A DNA stretch of 62,869 bases, filler included, from Aduncisulcus paluster (GCA_024181965.1; 6 parts of 6 records of this genome joined end to end with filler, not necessarily neighbours in it), one strand, 5' to 3'; positions 26,070 to 37,134 are shown, counted from the first letter of the whole stretch. A program made the numbers and translations. Notes: generated by a model not told the origin, from the sequence alone.

Positions 26070-26795
26070 ATGGAGAGTGATAAAAGAGATATCAAAGGAT
26101 CCACTCAAAGCAAATTACCTTCAAAACAGGGAACCAGATGGATGCCTCCTCCGCCCGAAGAAATTGAAGAGGATGAGCATAGAATATCACAACGTCAGAA
26201 ACAAATATTGTTTGGAAAAAAGACAACAGGTTATATAAACTATATTCGAGCAATTCCAAAAGAGAAAAGGATGAAATCTGACCCTTGGTCGCCAAATCCA
26301 TATGAAAAGATGTCAAAACGGTGTATGGAGGGAGTAATCAAAGCTTGGAGAAGGAATTTGCATAATTATGATTCCTGGACCGATGGTGTAATGCCTCAAG
26401 AATATGCAAAGAAACGGTTTGCCAAAAACGTTAAAAAACAGATAAAAAAGAAAAAAGACTCTCATTCAAAGTCAAAAGGACAAGGTATTATCGTGAAACC
26501 TCTTCTTAGTATCTCTGATTTCCCCCGTCTTCCATCCCATAAAGCCTTGCAATACCAAGCTGATGATGTTAGTTTGGTTTCCAAGAATAAGACTTTCATG
26601 AAGAAAGAAAAGAGTTGGCTTGACGATGATGAAAGTTATGACGAATTTATTGAAGAATACGATAATGATAGTCCTCAAGAGCCAGGAATTACAATAAGTC
26701 TCGAAGCTCCTGACCGAACCACTTCAAAGGGAAAAGCAAATCTTTGGACAGGTCAAGGCGAAGAATCCTCCGGAAAATCTGATGAAGACGAATGA
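26070..26795 (+). CDS. SLBP: Histone mRNA stem-loop binding protein
   Basis: SLBP RNA-binding domain: EEDEHRISQRQKQILFGKKTTGYINY...DPWSPNPYEKMSKRCMEGVIKAWRRNLHNYD. First ATG at 26070. Confidence 0.88.
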   Translation: MESDKRDIKGSTQSKLPSKQGTRWMPPPPEEIEEDEHRISQRQKQILFGKKTTGYINYIRAIPKEKRMKSDPWSPNPYEKMSKRCMEGVIKAWRRNLHNYDSWTDGVMPQEYAKKRFAKNVKKQIKKKKDSHSKSKGQGIIVKPLLSISDFPRLPSHKALQYQADDVSLVSKNKTFMKKEKSWLDDDESYDEFIEEYDNDSPQEPGITISLEAPDRTTSKGKANLWTGQGEESSGKSDEDE

Positions 26796-27255
26796 ATTTT
26801 TACTTGTGAGTTGCTATATTTAATAGTATTTCCATTATGATTGAAGGTTGACCTATGAGGGATTGATTTCGTAATTCATTGAGTCTGACTTCCTCTTTTC
26901 CATTTCTTCTGTTTTTGAAATCTTCTCCCATTTATAAGTGTATTTATATATATATAGATTTTTATTGCTCATGTCATAATATAAGGAACAGTTTATTAGA
27001 ATGCAGCGATTTTCATGAGTTTTGGCCGTAAAAAACGTCATGATCTCGTTTGTGCAAGTAAATTAACCTCCCAGGTATAGAGTACTGTACCCTCAAATTC
27101 CCAGAATTCATGTCGTGGAATTTAAAAATCAATTTAGTAGAAACTGAAACATATAATGTCAATCCTATAAAATTATGTGCCTATTTCGTTTCAATGATAC
27201 CAAGAGAAAGGAAAACCTCGATTTGACCCCTAATCCATCCATAAGTTTTTTTATA

Positions 27256-28371
27256 ATGCTTGAAGCAGGTAGATTTAGTGCTCCTATTTCTGAGGTGTAC
27301 AAATATGGTCCTACCTATGTGGATGATCGTAAAGTTGCCATTTTTAAAACTATCCTTGCAAAACGTAAAGAAGTTGGTTTTGACCCAGATCGAGTTGTTA
27401 CTTTTGTTAAATATCTTCCCGACAAACTATTTCACATTAAACGAAAACTTAAACCAATTAATATTCAGCTCGATTCTCGATTCTTTGTATATGATGATGC
27501 TTCTGATATTGCTTTTACAACTGAACATCTCTCCTGTCCATCCCCTATGATATACCATGTGAATTTTGCTGATGGACATCTGTTTGGATTTTATGCCAAT
27601 AGTTTATTTGCTCAAGATGAGATTCAAACCCTTGAAATACCAGATCTTGCCGCCATCAAGGAAGCTGCGGTTGAATATTCTCATGAACGGGATGCCTCAT
27701 CAAAGTATGGGGATGTATCACCTCGAACGAAGAAACGTCCTTCCTTTGTCCCGTATGTTAGTCCAGTTTACCAGAACATATCCCCTTGCATCTGCCTAAA
27801 TGTTCGTCGTGAGGTATCAATTGACACTGGCGCACGACGTGACATCCCCTCTGGATTATATGGGAATAGGTTCCATCTCACACCTGTCCCCAAAGTTCTG
27901 TCCGCTTGTTCATTCCATCCTTTCGGCTCACCCACTGCTCATACTGCGAATATTATTGCCATGGCAGGTATTGGGTATGGCCATGGAATGTATAGAGAAG
28001 ATCAGATTGCCTCAATGTTTATGATTGCTCTGACATCATTTTCTGGAGCTTGTACTGAGACCAAACTTGCTCTGGCTTCACATGATGATACTGAGGACAA
28101 GGATTCAATCCGTCCATGCACAGTGATTCATACAGGAGCATGGGGCTGTGGTGCATTTGGTGGAAACTTGTTTTTGATGACCCTCATTCAATTGTTTGCT
28201 GCGTCTCTAAGTGGTGTTAATGTGATTGTATTACATTCTGACAGGTCGTATAAGACTGCTATTGAACATTTCGACAAACTTCTTAAAAAAGAAGATATTT
28301 GGACAGTTGAAAAAGTAATTAAATATCTTTATAAGCTGAAATGCAGATGGGGAGTGAGTAATGGAACGTGA
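27256..28371 (+). CDS. PARG-like macrodomain (poly-ADP-ribose glycohydrolase-like) protein
   Basis: VNFAD...LFAQDEIQ corresponds to the PARG VDFAN...QEEI motif; TGAWGCGAFGGN is the PARG C-terminal signature. Confidence 0.8.
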   Translation: MLEAGRFSAPISEVYKYGPTYVDDRKVAIFKTILAKRKEVGFDPDRVVTFVKYLPDKLFHIKRKLKPINIQLDSRFFVYDDASDIAFTTEHLSCPSPMIYHVNFADGHLFGFYANSLFAQDEIQTLEIPDLAAIKEAAVEYSHERDASSKYGDVSPRTKKRPSFVPYVSPVYQNISPCICLNVRREVSIDTGARRDIPSGLYGNRFHLTPVPKVLSACSFHPFGSPTAHTANIIAMAGIGYGHGMYREDQIASMFMIALTSFSGACTETKLALASHDDTEDKDSIRPCTVIHTGAWGCGAFGGNLFLMTLIQLFAASLSGVNVIVLHSDRSYKTAIEHFDKLLKKEDIWTVEKVIKYLYKLKCRWGVSNGT

Positions 28372-28960
28372 TTGATGTTTCATTTCAGTGTTTTAATTAC
28401 ATTTCATTGCGTACAATCAAACAAATCGGTTTGTCTGTTTTCCTATGTTTGTTTGGGGTCTATGAGTTTGCGTTTTTATTGACCTCAACAAATTTTCTTA
28501 AATAACTTTTTTACATTGAATGTCTTGCTGCAGACATGAAGCACTCGAATCAATTCATGTCTATGTTAATGCCTGTTTCTTTTCGAATGAATATTTGAAA
28601 TTCAATAAATCTCATGAAATCATGATCCTTGAACTGCTGGTCGCAGAGCCTCTGACAGCGAGAGAATGAGAAATTAAATACAACATGGATAACAAAATAG
28701 ACAAACAAAAAATTAGAATAATAAAGAAAATTGATTCTAATTGTCAAAATATGTCCAAGGAGGTTGAAGAATGACAGAATGAGCGTCAAGTTTTTTCTCG
28801 TTATTTTCTACAGTTCATAGGAGATTCTAGAATGATAATTAATATTTATCAGTTCAATTAATTCGGATAATCAATTTTATTTCTCATTTTCCTCCGATCA
28901 TTTTCCGACATATTCTCACCTTTTCAAAATTCCATTTTTTGTCCATTATTCGATTATAAA

Positions 28961-29857
28961 ATGGGAAAGAACAAGGGAAGTCTCACTATTATGCAACACC
29001 TTATCTGTGGTGGTATTTCTGGAGCCGTTGCTAAGACCTTCACTGCCCCCTTAGATACTATTAAAGTTATTTTCCAGATTCAGAAGAAGGGATCACAACA
29101 ATATGATGGATTCTTTGATGCTTTATTCTCTATCATTAAGAGAGATGGTGTCGCTGGTTTATGGAAAGGAAACTCTATTGGTTTATTGAGAATCGCCCCT
29201 TACACTGCTGTTAAGTTTGCTGCCTTTGAACGTTACAAACCATTCTTTGCCGATAAAAATGGAGAATTGAACAACATCCGTCGTCTTGTTGCTGGTGCTT
29301 GCGCTGGTGTTACCGCTGTCATGTGTACCTACCCTCTTGATGCTGTGAAGACTCGTCTCACCATCCAGGATAAGAGCAACCCCAAATACTCTGGTGTGAT
29401 CAATGCCTTCACCACCATTGCCAAGGAAGAAGGTATTGGTGCTTTCTTTGCTGGTCTCCCCACCACCATTTTTGGTGCTATCCCTTACGAGGGTGGACAG
29501 TTCATGATGTATGAATTCATCAAGGCTGAATGGGCCAAGAGATTCGATAGACCCATGTCCGTGTGGGAGAACCTTCTTGCTGGTTGTGCTGCCGGTGCCT
29601 TCGCTCAGAGTATCTCCTACCCCTTCGACACCGTCAGAAAGAGGATGCAGGCTCAAGGAAAGAGTGGTGACCAATACTACTCTGGTATGCTTGACTGTTT
29701 CGTTAAGATGGCCAAGGAAGAGGGTCTTTTCTCCTTCTTTGCTGGTCTCCAAGTCAACTTTATCAAGGTTGTTCCTTACAGTGCCATCAGCTACACTGTC
29801 TACGAACAAGCTAAGAAATTCTTTGAGAAGAAGAACGAAAAGGCCAAACTTGAGTAA
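28961..29857 (+). CDS. Mitochondrial carrier family (SLC25) protein, adenine nucleotide/CoA-type
   Basis: Three PxDxxK/R repeats (PLDTIK, PLDAVK, PFDTVR); 298 aa; RIAPY and KVVPY contact motifs; strong codon bias. Confidence 0.95.
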   Translation: MGKNKGSLTIMQHLICGGISGAVAKTFTAPLDTIKVIFQIQKKGSQQYDGFFDALFSIIKRDGVAGLWKGNSIGLLRIAPYTAVKFAAFERYKPFFADKNGELNNIRRLVAGACAGVTAVMCTYPLDAVKTRLTIQDKSNPKYSGVINAFTTIAKEEGIGAFFAGLPTTIFGAIPYEGGQFMMYEFIKAEWAKRFDRPMSVWENLLAGCAAGAFAQSISYPFDTVRKRMQAQGKSGDQYYSGMLDCFVKMAKEEGLFSFFAGLQVNFIKVVPYSAISYTVYEQAKKFFEKKNEKAKLE

Positions 29858-30068
29858 GAATTGAGAGAAAAATAATGCTATATAGTACAGATGATCTGTC
29901 ACAGATTGATGTCATGAAACACAATAAATTCACGTGGATATGTCGATATATTTGTTTTATTTTACTCGTTTTTTTATTAATCATTAATATTTTATAAAAT
30001 CATGATTTGACTTACGAGGGTACAACCAAACAATTTCGAATCTCTATTTGGTACGTCATACAGCTCAA

Positions 30069-33059
30069 ATGGATTTTTTGAAAAAATTTAATAATGATTT
30101 AGCAAAAAAGAAGAGTTTTTATCTCTGTTCAAATCGCGAAATGATTTTTTTTCAAGTGTCGGATGCTATCTCCTCCCCTCACGAGGATAAATCTGTCATT
30201 GAACAATTATTTCGACTAACCATCAGTTATTCTGACAATGAAGTTGACAAAATCGCCATTGGAGAGGCATTAACCTCACTACCAGCCGAGAAACTCTTAT
30301 CAATTGTTAAATTTTTAGTTAATGGTTCGTGCGATGTTAAAAGTGAATATTTCTTTTTTCTTATTGGAGGGAGAATCTTATCCGATCTTCCTGGACTGTT
30401 TAAGTTTTTGAGTTCAACATGTCATGAATGTATCAAAGAGATGGACAGAATTAATCTCTACGGTGTATCAGATCGTTCTGTTTCAGAGGAAAAACCACTT
30501 TCTAAATCAACAATTGAGTTCATATGTGATAAATACTCCAAAATCGCCTCTATTTTGTTCCAATGTGTTTGCATCGCCAACAATCTTATGTCGGTCGATC
30601 TCAACTTCAAGCATTTATCATGTGTTGCAAAAGTGTGCTCAGCATTAAGTATTACTCTTCATAACCACAATAATTTTGCGTCTCATCTTATTTCTTCCAT
30701 TCCTTTGTCCGAAACGAAAATAGCCCGAACTACTGCCTCAACATTACCAACTCTTATTTTACATACCATTTTTAAATCAATTATTGATCGTGAGCTTTTG
30801 ATATCCTCTTTCCTTGGCTTCATTATGAATGTCGCAAGTTTTATTTCTCCATTCCCCTTTGAGCCTGCCATCCTCTCATTTTTGTCTCTTATCATGCACG
30901 AGCATATGTGTATTGCTCATTCAACGAGTGTTCAATACATTGAGAAGAAAACCGAACTGGAAAATGCAGAAACTCGGCTTGCCAAAAAGAAAGGTGGTTG
31001 GGGAAGTTCAAAAATTGAGAAAGAAATCCAGAAGATTAAACCAGTTGTGTTGGGTTTAAAGGAAAAATATGACCAGAATGTGTCCTTTGCTTCTTCATTC
31101 CAGGCTATTATCCATCATATTGCCAGTTGCAATGCCAAAAAGAACAAGAGGCTTATGAGGTACGGTATTTTCGGATTTTCAAGCCCTTTGTTCGTTTTAT
31201 CTGCCTCCGTCCCCCTTCTTACTTCTCCACAGCTCCAATTGCCCCATCCGCAGCGTCTTGATGGTACACTCATCCTTCACCGAGGTGCGATGTGCTTGCT
31301 TAAGTTCTGTGATAGTATGGAGATAGAGGTCATGAATGAGCTTGCAAGTGGTGGCCTTGTTCAAGAAGCGGAAGAAATCAAGGCCCAGCAGGAGAGATTG
31401 AAGGCCAAGAGGAAAGGAATGCTCGAGCGTGAGAAGAAGAGGGAAGAGGAGAGAGCCAAGAAACAAAAGGAACAGAAGAAAACGGGAGAGGGTGATACAG
31501 CTCCCACAGCAAAGGGTCCAACAGCAGTGGCAGAGGATGAGTTAGCTATGGATGAGGCTCCTATTGCTGGCTCAACTCTTGAAGCTAGCAATGCCAGTGG
31601 TGTGTGTTCCACTGACTTTTTGGAAGATGTTAGCAAAGATCAGGGAGAAGAAGACTCTGTTATTATTGGTGATAGTTCTTACATTGTTCCTGATGACGAT
31701 GAAGTTGTTGCCGCTGCCGTCCCTCCAAAGAAGGAAGAGATGAAGAAAGAACAGAAGAAAGGAAAAGGGAAGAATGTATCAATTGTATCCGTGCCTCAGC
31801 AGGGGACTGCAACTACCACTGCAACTGTTACCAGTAGCGCTGCTTCTGCTTCTTATTCTGAAGATCTTGAGGTGATTGGTCCCAATACTTCCATTATGAT
31901 GGAAGAGGATGAACAGCCACATACTGTTTTCGACTGTGAACGTCTTACGAGTCTTGACCACATCAACACATTGACTTTCTTGCTCGCTTTCTGCAAAGAG
32001 ATCATGAAAATATGCTCAAAATCTCTCATTGGAGCAAGTGAACTGAGAACATCTGAAATGCAACAACAGGAAATCCATCCTCTTGAGCCTAGTTCTGCCC
32101 ACGCAACCAAGAATCTCAGTATCCATAAATTCCCTTCTAACCCCCTCATCCAAGCCCAACAACATGGCTCCCCAGTTTCACAGCCTGCTATAACTTCATC
32201 GGGTGCTGTTCAATCTACATGTTCAACTGCTCCTCCAGAAACCAAAGCTCAGGTCAGCACTGGTGTCACTGGAGAGAAACCAAAGGAAACTGAATCCTCT
32301 GTTGCCCCTCCATCTATTCCTAGTGTCACATCTGGTGTCGTTCAACATGCTTCAGATGGATCTGGACAATCATCTGCTCCAGCTGCTCCAACGATTACTC
32401 TTGCCAGTGACACTGCCGTTGTGAGGCTTCAGATCCCTGTTTCATACACAACATTGTCTGCTGCGGAAGGATTTAATGCTATTTGTGGAATTATGGCCAC
32501 ACTTATTTCTCACAGCTCTGGTCATTTGCTCTCTTTTTACACCGATGTCATCAAGTTCGTTGATTTCTATACCATGGGAATCAATTGCATGAGACTATGG
32601 CTTCTATGTGCAGTGAGGGAACACAAGGCACAGAACAAGAAGGAATCCAATCGGAAAGAGAGTGCTGTAAAAGTTGTAGATGTTTTTGCTGGAGAGATTC
32701 CCGAGGAAGAAGGGAGAGAAGGAGAGGAAGAGGACCAGACTGAACATGTCGTCGATTTGGAAACTTTCCAGAGGAATTTCTTGAGTTCTTCGATTGAGGG
32801 AGTTCTTCACTATTTCCACCATTACTTTGTGAAATTTGACACTGACAGATTGTTGCTAACTCGTATGTTTGGGGAATTACAGCAAATCCAGAACTTTAAA
32901 AAGGAACATGAAGTAGAATTTGAAGCGGCCAGGCCTTTGTTAAAACTTCTTGGATATCGCGTGAAAGGTGAAATAACCCCTCAATTCATATTGTTTTCGG
33001 TTGTAATTGGTGCAGTTCTGGTGATATTGGGACTTATTATACCTTTAATGAGAAAATAG
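30069..33059 (+). CDS. Hypothetical helical protein with C-terminal transmembrane (tail) anchor
   Basis: ~1000-codon ORF ending FILFSVVIGAVLVILGLIIPLMRK. Confidence 0.75.
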   Translation: MDFLKKFNNDLAKKKSFYLCSNREMIFFQVSDAISSPHEDKSVIEQLFRLTISYSDNEVDKIAIGEALTSLPAEKLLSIVKFLVNGSCDVKSEYFFFLIGGRILSDLPGLFKFLSSTCHECIKEMDRINLYGVSDRSVSEEKPLSKSTIEFICDKYSKIASILFQCVCIANNLMSVDLNFKHLSCVAKVCSALSITLHNHNNFASHLISSIPLSETKIARTTASTLPTLILHTIFKSIIDRELLISSFLGFIMNVASFISPFPFEPAILSFLSLIMHEHMCIAHSTSVQYIEKKTELENAETRLAKKKGGWGSSKIEKEIQKIKPVVLGLKEKYDQNVSFASSFQAIIHHIASCNAKKNKRLMRYGIFGFSSPLFVLSASVPLLTSPQLQLPHPQRLDGTLILHRGAMCLLKFCDSMEIEVMNELASGGLVQEAEEIKAQQERLKAKRKGMLEREKKREEERAKKQKEQKKTGEGDTAPTAKGPTAVAEDELAMDEAPIAGSTLEASNASGVCSTDFLEDVSKDQGEEDSVIIGDSSYIVPDDDEVVAAAVPPKKEEMKKEQKKGKGKNVSIVSVPQQGTATTTATVTSSAASASYSEDLEVIGPNTSIMMEEDEQPHTVFDCERLTSLDHINTLTFLLAFCKEIMKICSKSLIGASELRTSEMQQQEIHPLEPSSAHATKNLSIHKFPSNPLIQAQQHGSPVSQPAITSSGAVQSTCSTAPPETKAQVSTGVTGEKPKETESSVAPPSIPSVTSGVVQHASDGSGQSSAPAAPTITLASDTAVVRLQIPVSYTTLSAAEGFNAICGIMATLISHSSGHLLSFYTDVIKFVDFYTMGINCMRLWLLCAVREHKAQNKKESNRKESAVKVVDVFAGEIPEEEGREGEEEDQTEHVVDLETFQRNFLSSSIEGVLHYFHHYFVKFDTDRLLLTRMFGELQQIQNFKKEHEVEFEAARPLLKLLGYRVKGEITPQFILFSVVIGAVLVILGLIIPLMRK

Positions 33060-33516
33060 AATGGCTTTTGAGTTAATGAACCATCTAATTTTGATGTTTC
33101 TCATATTTAAACCTCATTCAGACAGTTTATGCTTGTTCACCTGGATTATTCCAAAAAACATGAGTAAATAAAGCTTACAATAACATATTTATTAAGAATA
33201 TTACATGTAAATAAGGGAAATATATTTATACAGGCGTATAAAAGATCACATTTAATAGTACATGGAAATTGGTCTTTAAGCCCAAATTTGTATGGAAGAA
33301 AATATATAGGAAATTCAAGAAAGAAGGAAAAGGCGGCTAAATTCCCAGTTTTATTATAGGAAATCCAACAAGTTCAAATGCAATTTTCTTGTTCTCTTGT
33401 TGAACATCCAACTAATTATTTCAGCTTCGTGGCATTAACATAACTTATTTATTTCATAATTAACCAAATTTATTATTGTAATTATTTTTAACTGATTTTT
33501 ACCCTACTTTGTCATT

Positions 33517-36500
33517 ATGGATCTAGTTTCTCTTCTTCTTGCAAAGAAAAAGGGTAAAAAAGGAGGTTCTCCTTACGGACGATCACCTTCAAATGGAAAA
33601 AATTATTCTAAATCGAAACTTGGGTCAACTTCTGGAAACAAAGGGGAACTACCCTCTTTCATGCGTTCTACAAATTCTTCAAAGAGAAAGACCGCAAGTA
33701 AGGAAGATCACCAGGAAATTCGGTGGTCTTTTAGCACTATTTCGTTTTCAGGACTTAGATCCCTCCCAGACAAAGTTCATCATCGTTTTACTGATGAAAA
33801 ACATGCTTTTCATGCTAAACATCATCATAAAGTTGCTCCACACACCGATCATTTTGGTTCAAAAGTCATGGCTGCCGCTTTTAAACAAGAAACTCGCTCT
33901 GAAGGGGCCGCTCGTTTTTTGGCAGGAACCGGAAGCAAAAGACCGTCCAGATCATATCCAATTCGTACAATATCTCGACCAATTTATATTCCTAGTGAAT
34001 ATGAAAGGGAAGAGAAAGCGAGAGTCGAGTTTACAAGTCGACGTAGTGTTTCTCAGGTTACAAATCGAGAAAAGGCTGGAATTAATGCTTTTGCCGCTAG
34101 AAAAAGTCAATATGATGAGAAAAATCTTGGATTACCGTGGGTTCATGAACCCTATGTTAAAGATGTTGAAAAAGAATTGAAACGACAAGAATATTTTGAA
34201 GAACGCCGGAAGGATTTGTTTGGTCCGATTATTCCCTCATCAACAACTCTTCCTCAGAGCATTCGTGTTAAACATCAAGTTGACGAGTTAATTAATCACT
34301 TAATTCATGTTATTCGTCGTGAAACTGATCTTTTGTGGTCCGTTCTTGTCGTTGAGCGTGGTAAGAAACATATTAGTGTATTTAATCCAAAACGGTTGTA
34401 TAAAGATATCACTACCTTTACTTTATGTTTTATTCATCCGGACTTTGCCGGAAAATCCGCCAAAACCATGCCCAAGGGTTTCCTTGAAGCTGCTGACAAT
34501 ATGAATATCCCTGTTGATGGCGTTGAGAGTATCAAAAAGGTCCCTAATGAGAAATTAACAGTTCAATCGGAGGAAGGCAGGCTTTCTCAACTTCTTCAGA
34601 GCCAGCAACAAGGTATCAAGAAGCCATCAACTATTCTAGGCACCGATGATGATGCCACTGCCAGGGATTCCACCAACACTGCCGATGCTCCTGAACTTGC
34701 TCATACCGTTGTGAGTCCCTCTGTTCAAGCCAAGCCAACCTTGTCCCCTCGCATGTCCCAAGGAGTTCACTCTTCCTCAACCTCTTCCTCCTCTCTTGCC
34801 TCCTCGTGTGTGACCTCGGCCGATGTCTCTGAGAGTTCTGGTCAAGAAGAGGATGGTTCCAAACATGCTCCGGAACGTCTCTTCCATACTCCTCATTCCC
34901 TTACTTTACTTCTTAAAACTCTGACTCACACTGACACCCAGTGCTGCAGGTTTGGACTTCGGCTTGAGATTGGTCGAGTTGGAGTCAGAATGCCTAACGA
35001 TGCCATGGTTATCGGCGATCATTTGCACGGATTACTCCACAAACGTCTTGTTGGATGCTCTGGTCAAGGCCCCACATGGTTACATAAACACGATGAACTC
35101 CAGGAGGAAGACGAAGAGTATGAAGAAGATGAAGAAGATGAAGAAGAAGAAGAATCTTCTGATTATGCCCTTGGTGACGATGGAGACTCATTTGGTGGAA
35201 AGAACGGCAAGAAGACATCCAGTGATGATCGTCTGATAATGAAGGATTTAATGGGAGATGACGATGCTGTGTCCCAAGAGGAACATGGCGCTTCGACAGG
35301 ACCTACGATTGAGGGAAAACAAGAGGAATTTCAAGGAGGAGATGAAGACCCCATGTTGGATTCAATGAGCCCAACGAGTACTAACAATCAGAATAACACC
35401 CACTCCTCCTTGCGTAATTCCTGTCGAACGGAAAAGAAGAGGCGAGGTAAGAAGAAGAAGAGCACTGGTCCATATCCTGGAATGTTTATATTCTTTGGTT
35501 TCTCGCTGCCTTGGTATACCCGTGGAAAGGACGATGTTGTTAGACTGTTCTATACGACACAAAAGGAGACTGTACGGGAGAGAGAACATGCCATGGAACG
35601 TAGGGCAGAACAGGAACAGATGGAAAGGGAGGAGACACTGCAACAACGGTATGCTCTGTCCGGATGGAGTGCTTCCCAGAGTCATGGAAGACTTGATTCC
35701 TCGGTGACAGAATCTGGTCGTGGGTACCATGGAAGTGATAGCCATCAACAGAGACAAGGAAAAGTCAAGTCATCATTGTCCCTTCCATCAACCCTGCCTT
35801 CTCTCCTCTGTCCCAATAAGTACCATTCATCAAAGAAAGGGAAGTCTTCTTCTTCTCAGTCTAAAAATAGACCTAAAAAGAGTAGCAGTGGTACTCGAGG
35901 TATGGTTGATATGACACAGTATCGATACAAGGTTCAGAAAGAAAGGGATGATGCAAGAACACAGCAGATAATATACTCTGTTTCCTCTGACATGTCAAGT
36001 ACTGAATTATTGACTCCCCGGAGAACAAAGTCCCGATCTGGATCTATGTCAAAAGGCAGTAACAGAAAACCATCCCGTTGTCTTTCACCCTCCATTCTTG
36101 CTTCCACTCGTAGCTTTGCTGTGAGTAACACTACACCCGTTTTGATGCCCTCGAGTTCCCCTTCGCCCTGTCCTGGCACCTTGTCTGTGGGTGAACGTCT
36201 TGTTCGAGGCGATAGGATGTGTCGTAGTCCTTGTATTGAGCGTGAGGAAGAGAGGGTGAAGGTTCTTTTGAGTAAGAATAAGAAGAAGAAGAGGAAGAGT
36301 TCATCTGGTAAAGCTGCTGGAGATGGAGATAGTGGTGTTGTTGTTGAGGATGGATCCACACGCCTTCAAGGTCAAGGATCTGCAAGGGGCGATGGAATAT
36401 TGTATGAGGATGACGGTGGTGCATCTCCGACCACTATCGAATACAAGATGAAAGAAGTGGCGTCTCCACTTATTCTAGCAGCAAGTGGACACTCAGCAAG

Positions 36501-36840
36501 TGGACACTCTGCCTCCGCTGCCAGATCATCCTCAATCCACCAGGATGATCTGTCAAGTGAGATCAGCAAGTCTATTGTCGCTGACACTGAGAATGAACAA
36601 CGGAAGAAGAAGAAGAAGTCGAAAAAAGGATCTTCAAAAACTGCAACAATTGCCAAGCTCTCTCAATCTCTTCGTTCCAGCAATCTCAATCTTCCATATT
36701 ATCCCAAGAGTGGTCACAGTAAGAAAAAGATGAAGGGATCAGCTGTTTTGTACTCTCGCAGAGTTCCTTTCCCAGCAACAAGCGAGAGTGGGCAGATGAT
36801 CCACTCATATTATTCTGCAACTTCAAATACTCTTAAATGA
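33517..36840 (+). CDS. Hypothetical low-complexity Ser/Lys-rich protein
   Basis: 1107-aa ORF; no family recognised. Confidence 0.75.
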   Translation: MDLVSLLLAKKKGKKGGSPYGRSPSNGKNYSKSKLGSTSGNKGELPSFMRSTNSSKRKTASKEDHQEIRWSFSTISFSGLRSLPDKVHHRFTDEKHAFHAKHHHKVAPHTDHFGSKVMAAAFKQETRSEGAARFLAGTGSKRPSRSYPIRTISRPIYIPSEYEREEKARVEFTSRRSVSQVTNREKAGINAFAARKSQYDEKNLGLPWVHEPYVKDVEKELKRQEYFEERRKDLFGPIIPSSTTLPQSIRVKHQVDELINHLIHVIRRETDLLWSVLVVERGKKHISVFNPKRLYKDITTFTLCFIHPDFAGKSAKTMPKGFLEAADNMNIPVDGVESIKKVPNEKLTVQSEEGRLSQLLQSQQQGIKKPSTILGTDDDATARDSTNTADAPELAHTVVSPSVQAKPTLSPRMSQGVHSSSTSSSSLASSCVTSADVSESSGQEEDGSKHAPERLFHTPHSLTLLLKTLTHTDTQCCRFGLRLEIGRVGVRMPNDAMVIGDHLHGLLHKRLVGCSGQGPTWLHKHDELQEEDEEYEEDEEDEEEEESSDYALGDDGDSFGGKNGKKTSSDDRLIMKDLMGDDDAVSQEEHGASTGPTIEGKQEEFQGGDEDPMLDSMSPTSTNNQNNTHSSLRNSCRTEKKRRGKKKKSTGPYPGMFIFFGFSLPWYTRGKDDVVRLFYTTQKETVREREHAMERRAEQEQMEREETLQQRYALSGWSASQSHGRLDSSVTESGRGYHGSDSHQQRQGKVKSSLSLPSTLPSLLCPNKYHSSKKGKSSSSQSKNRPKKSSSGTRGMVDMTQYRYKVQKERDDARTQQIIYSVSSDMSSTELLTPRRTKSRSGSMSKGSNRKPSRCLSPSILASTRSFAVSNTTPVLMPSSSPSPCPGTLSVGERLVRGDRMCRSPCIEREEERVKVLLSKNKKKKRKSSSGKAAGDGDSGVVVEDGSTRLQGQGSARGDGILYEDDGGASPTTIEYKMKEVASPLILAASGHSASGHSASAARSSSIHQDDLSSEISKSIVADTENEQRKKKKKSKKGSSKTATIAKLSQSLRSSNLNLPYYPKSGHSKKKMKGSAVLYSRRVPFPATSESGQMIHSYYSATSNTLK

Positions 36841-37134
36841 GACAATAACTCCTGACATCTATATTACTAGTTACATTTTGTGTATTGGACTATCACACTA
36901 TATTTTATTTTTGCGTTTTTTCTCGTTTTCGATAATTCTCTCTCGAAGATTGTCATTCTGTATTCTTGGACGTAGTTAGAATACTAATAATATATTATTT
37001 AAATAAAATAAGCCTTAATAATATCCCATTATTATCCATATTTCAAACTAGACAGCAGTACTGTCTCGAAAATCGATTTTGTTACCATTTACAAACCTCA
37101 GATAATTAATATTAAGTATTTTAAATAATTTATT

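Noticed and set aside
27000-27095. Minus-strand ATACCTGG, TTGCAC and GATCA resembling U1 snRNA elements
   Set aside because: The elements are in the wrong order, there is no ACTTACC 5' end, and I see no convincing Sm site or stems.
28610-28670. GC-rich hairpin with CTGA between the PARG-like gene and the carrier (snoRNA?)
   Set aside because: No proper C box or recognisable rRNA-complementary guide.
29183-29902. 239-aa antisense ORF over the carrier (also 16697-17263 over the FDP)
   Set aside because: Expected by-product of biased codon usage on the sense strand; no protein motifs.
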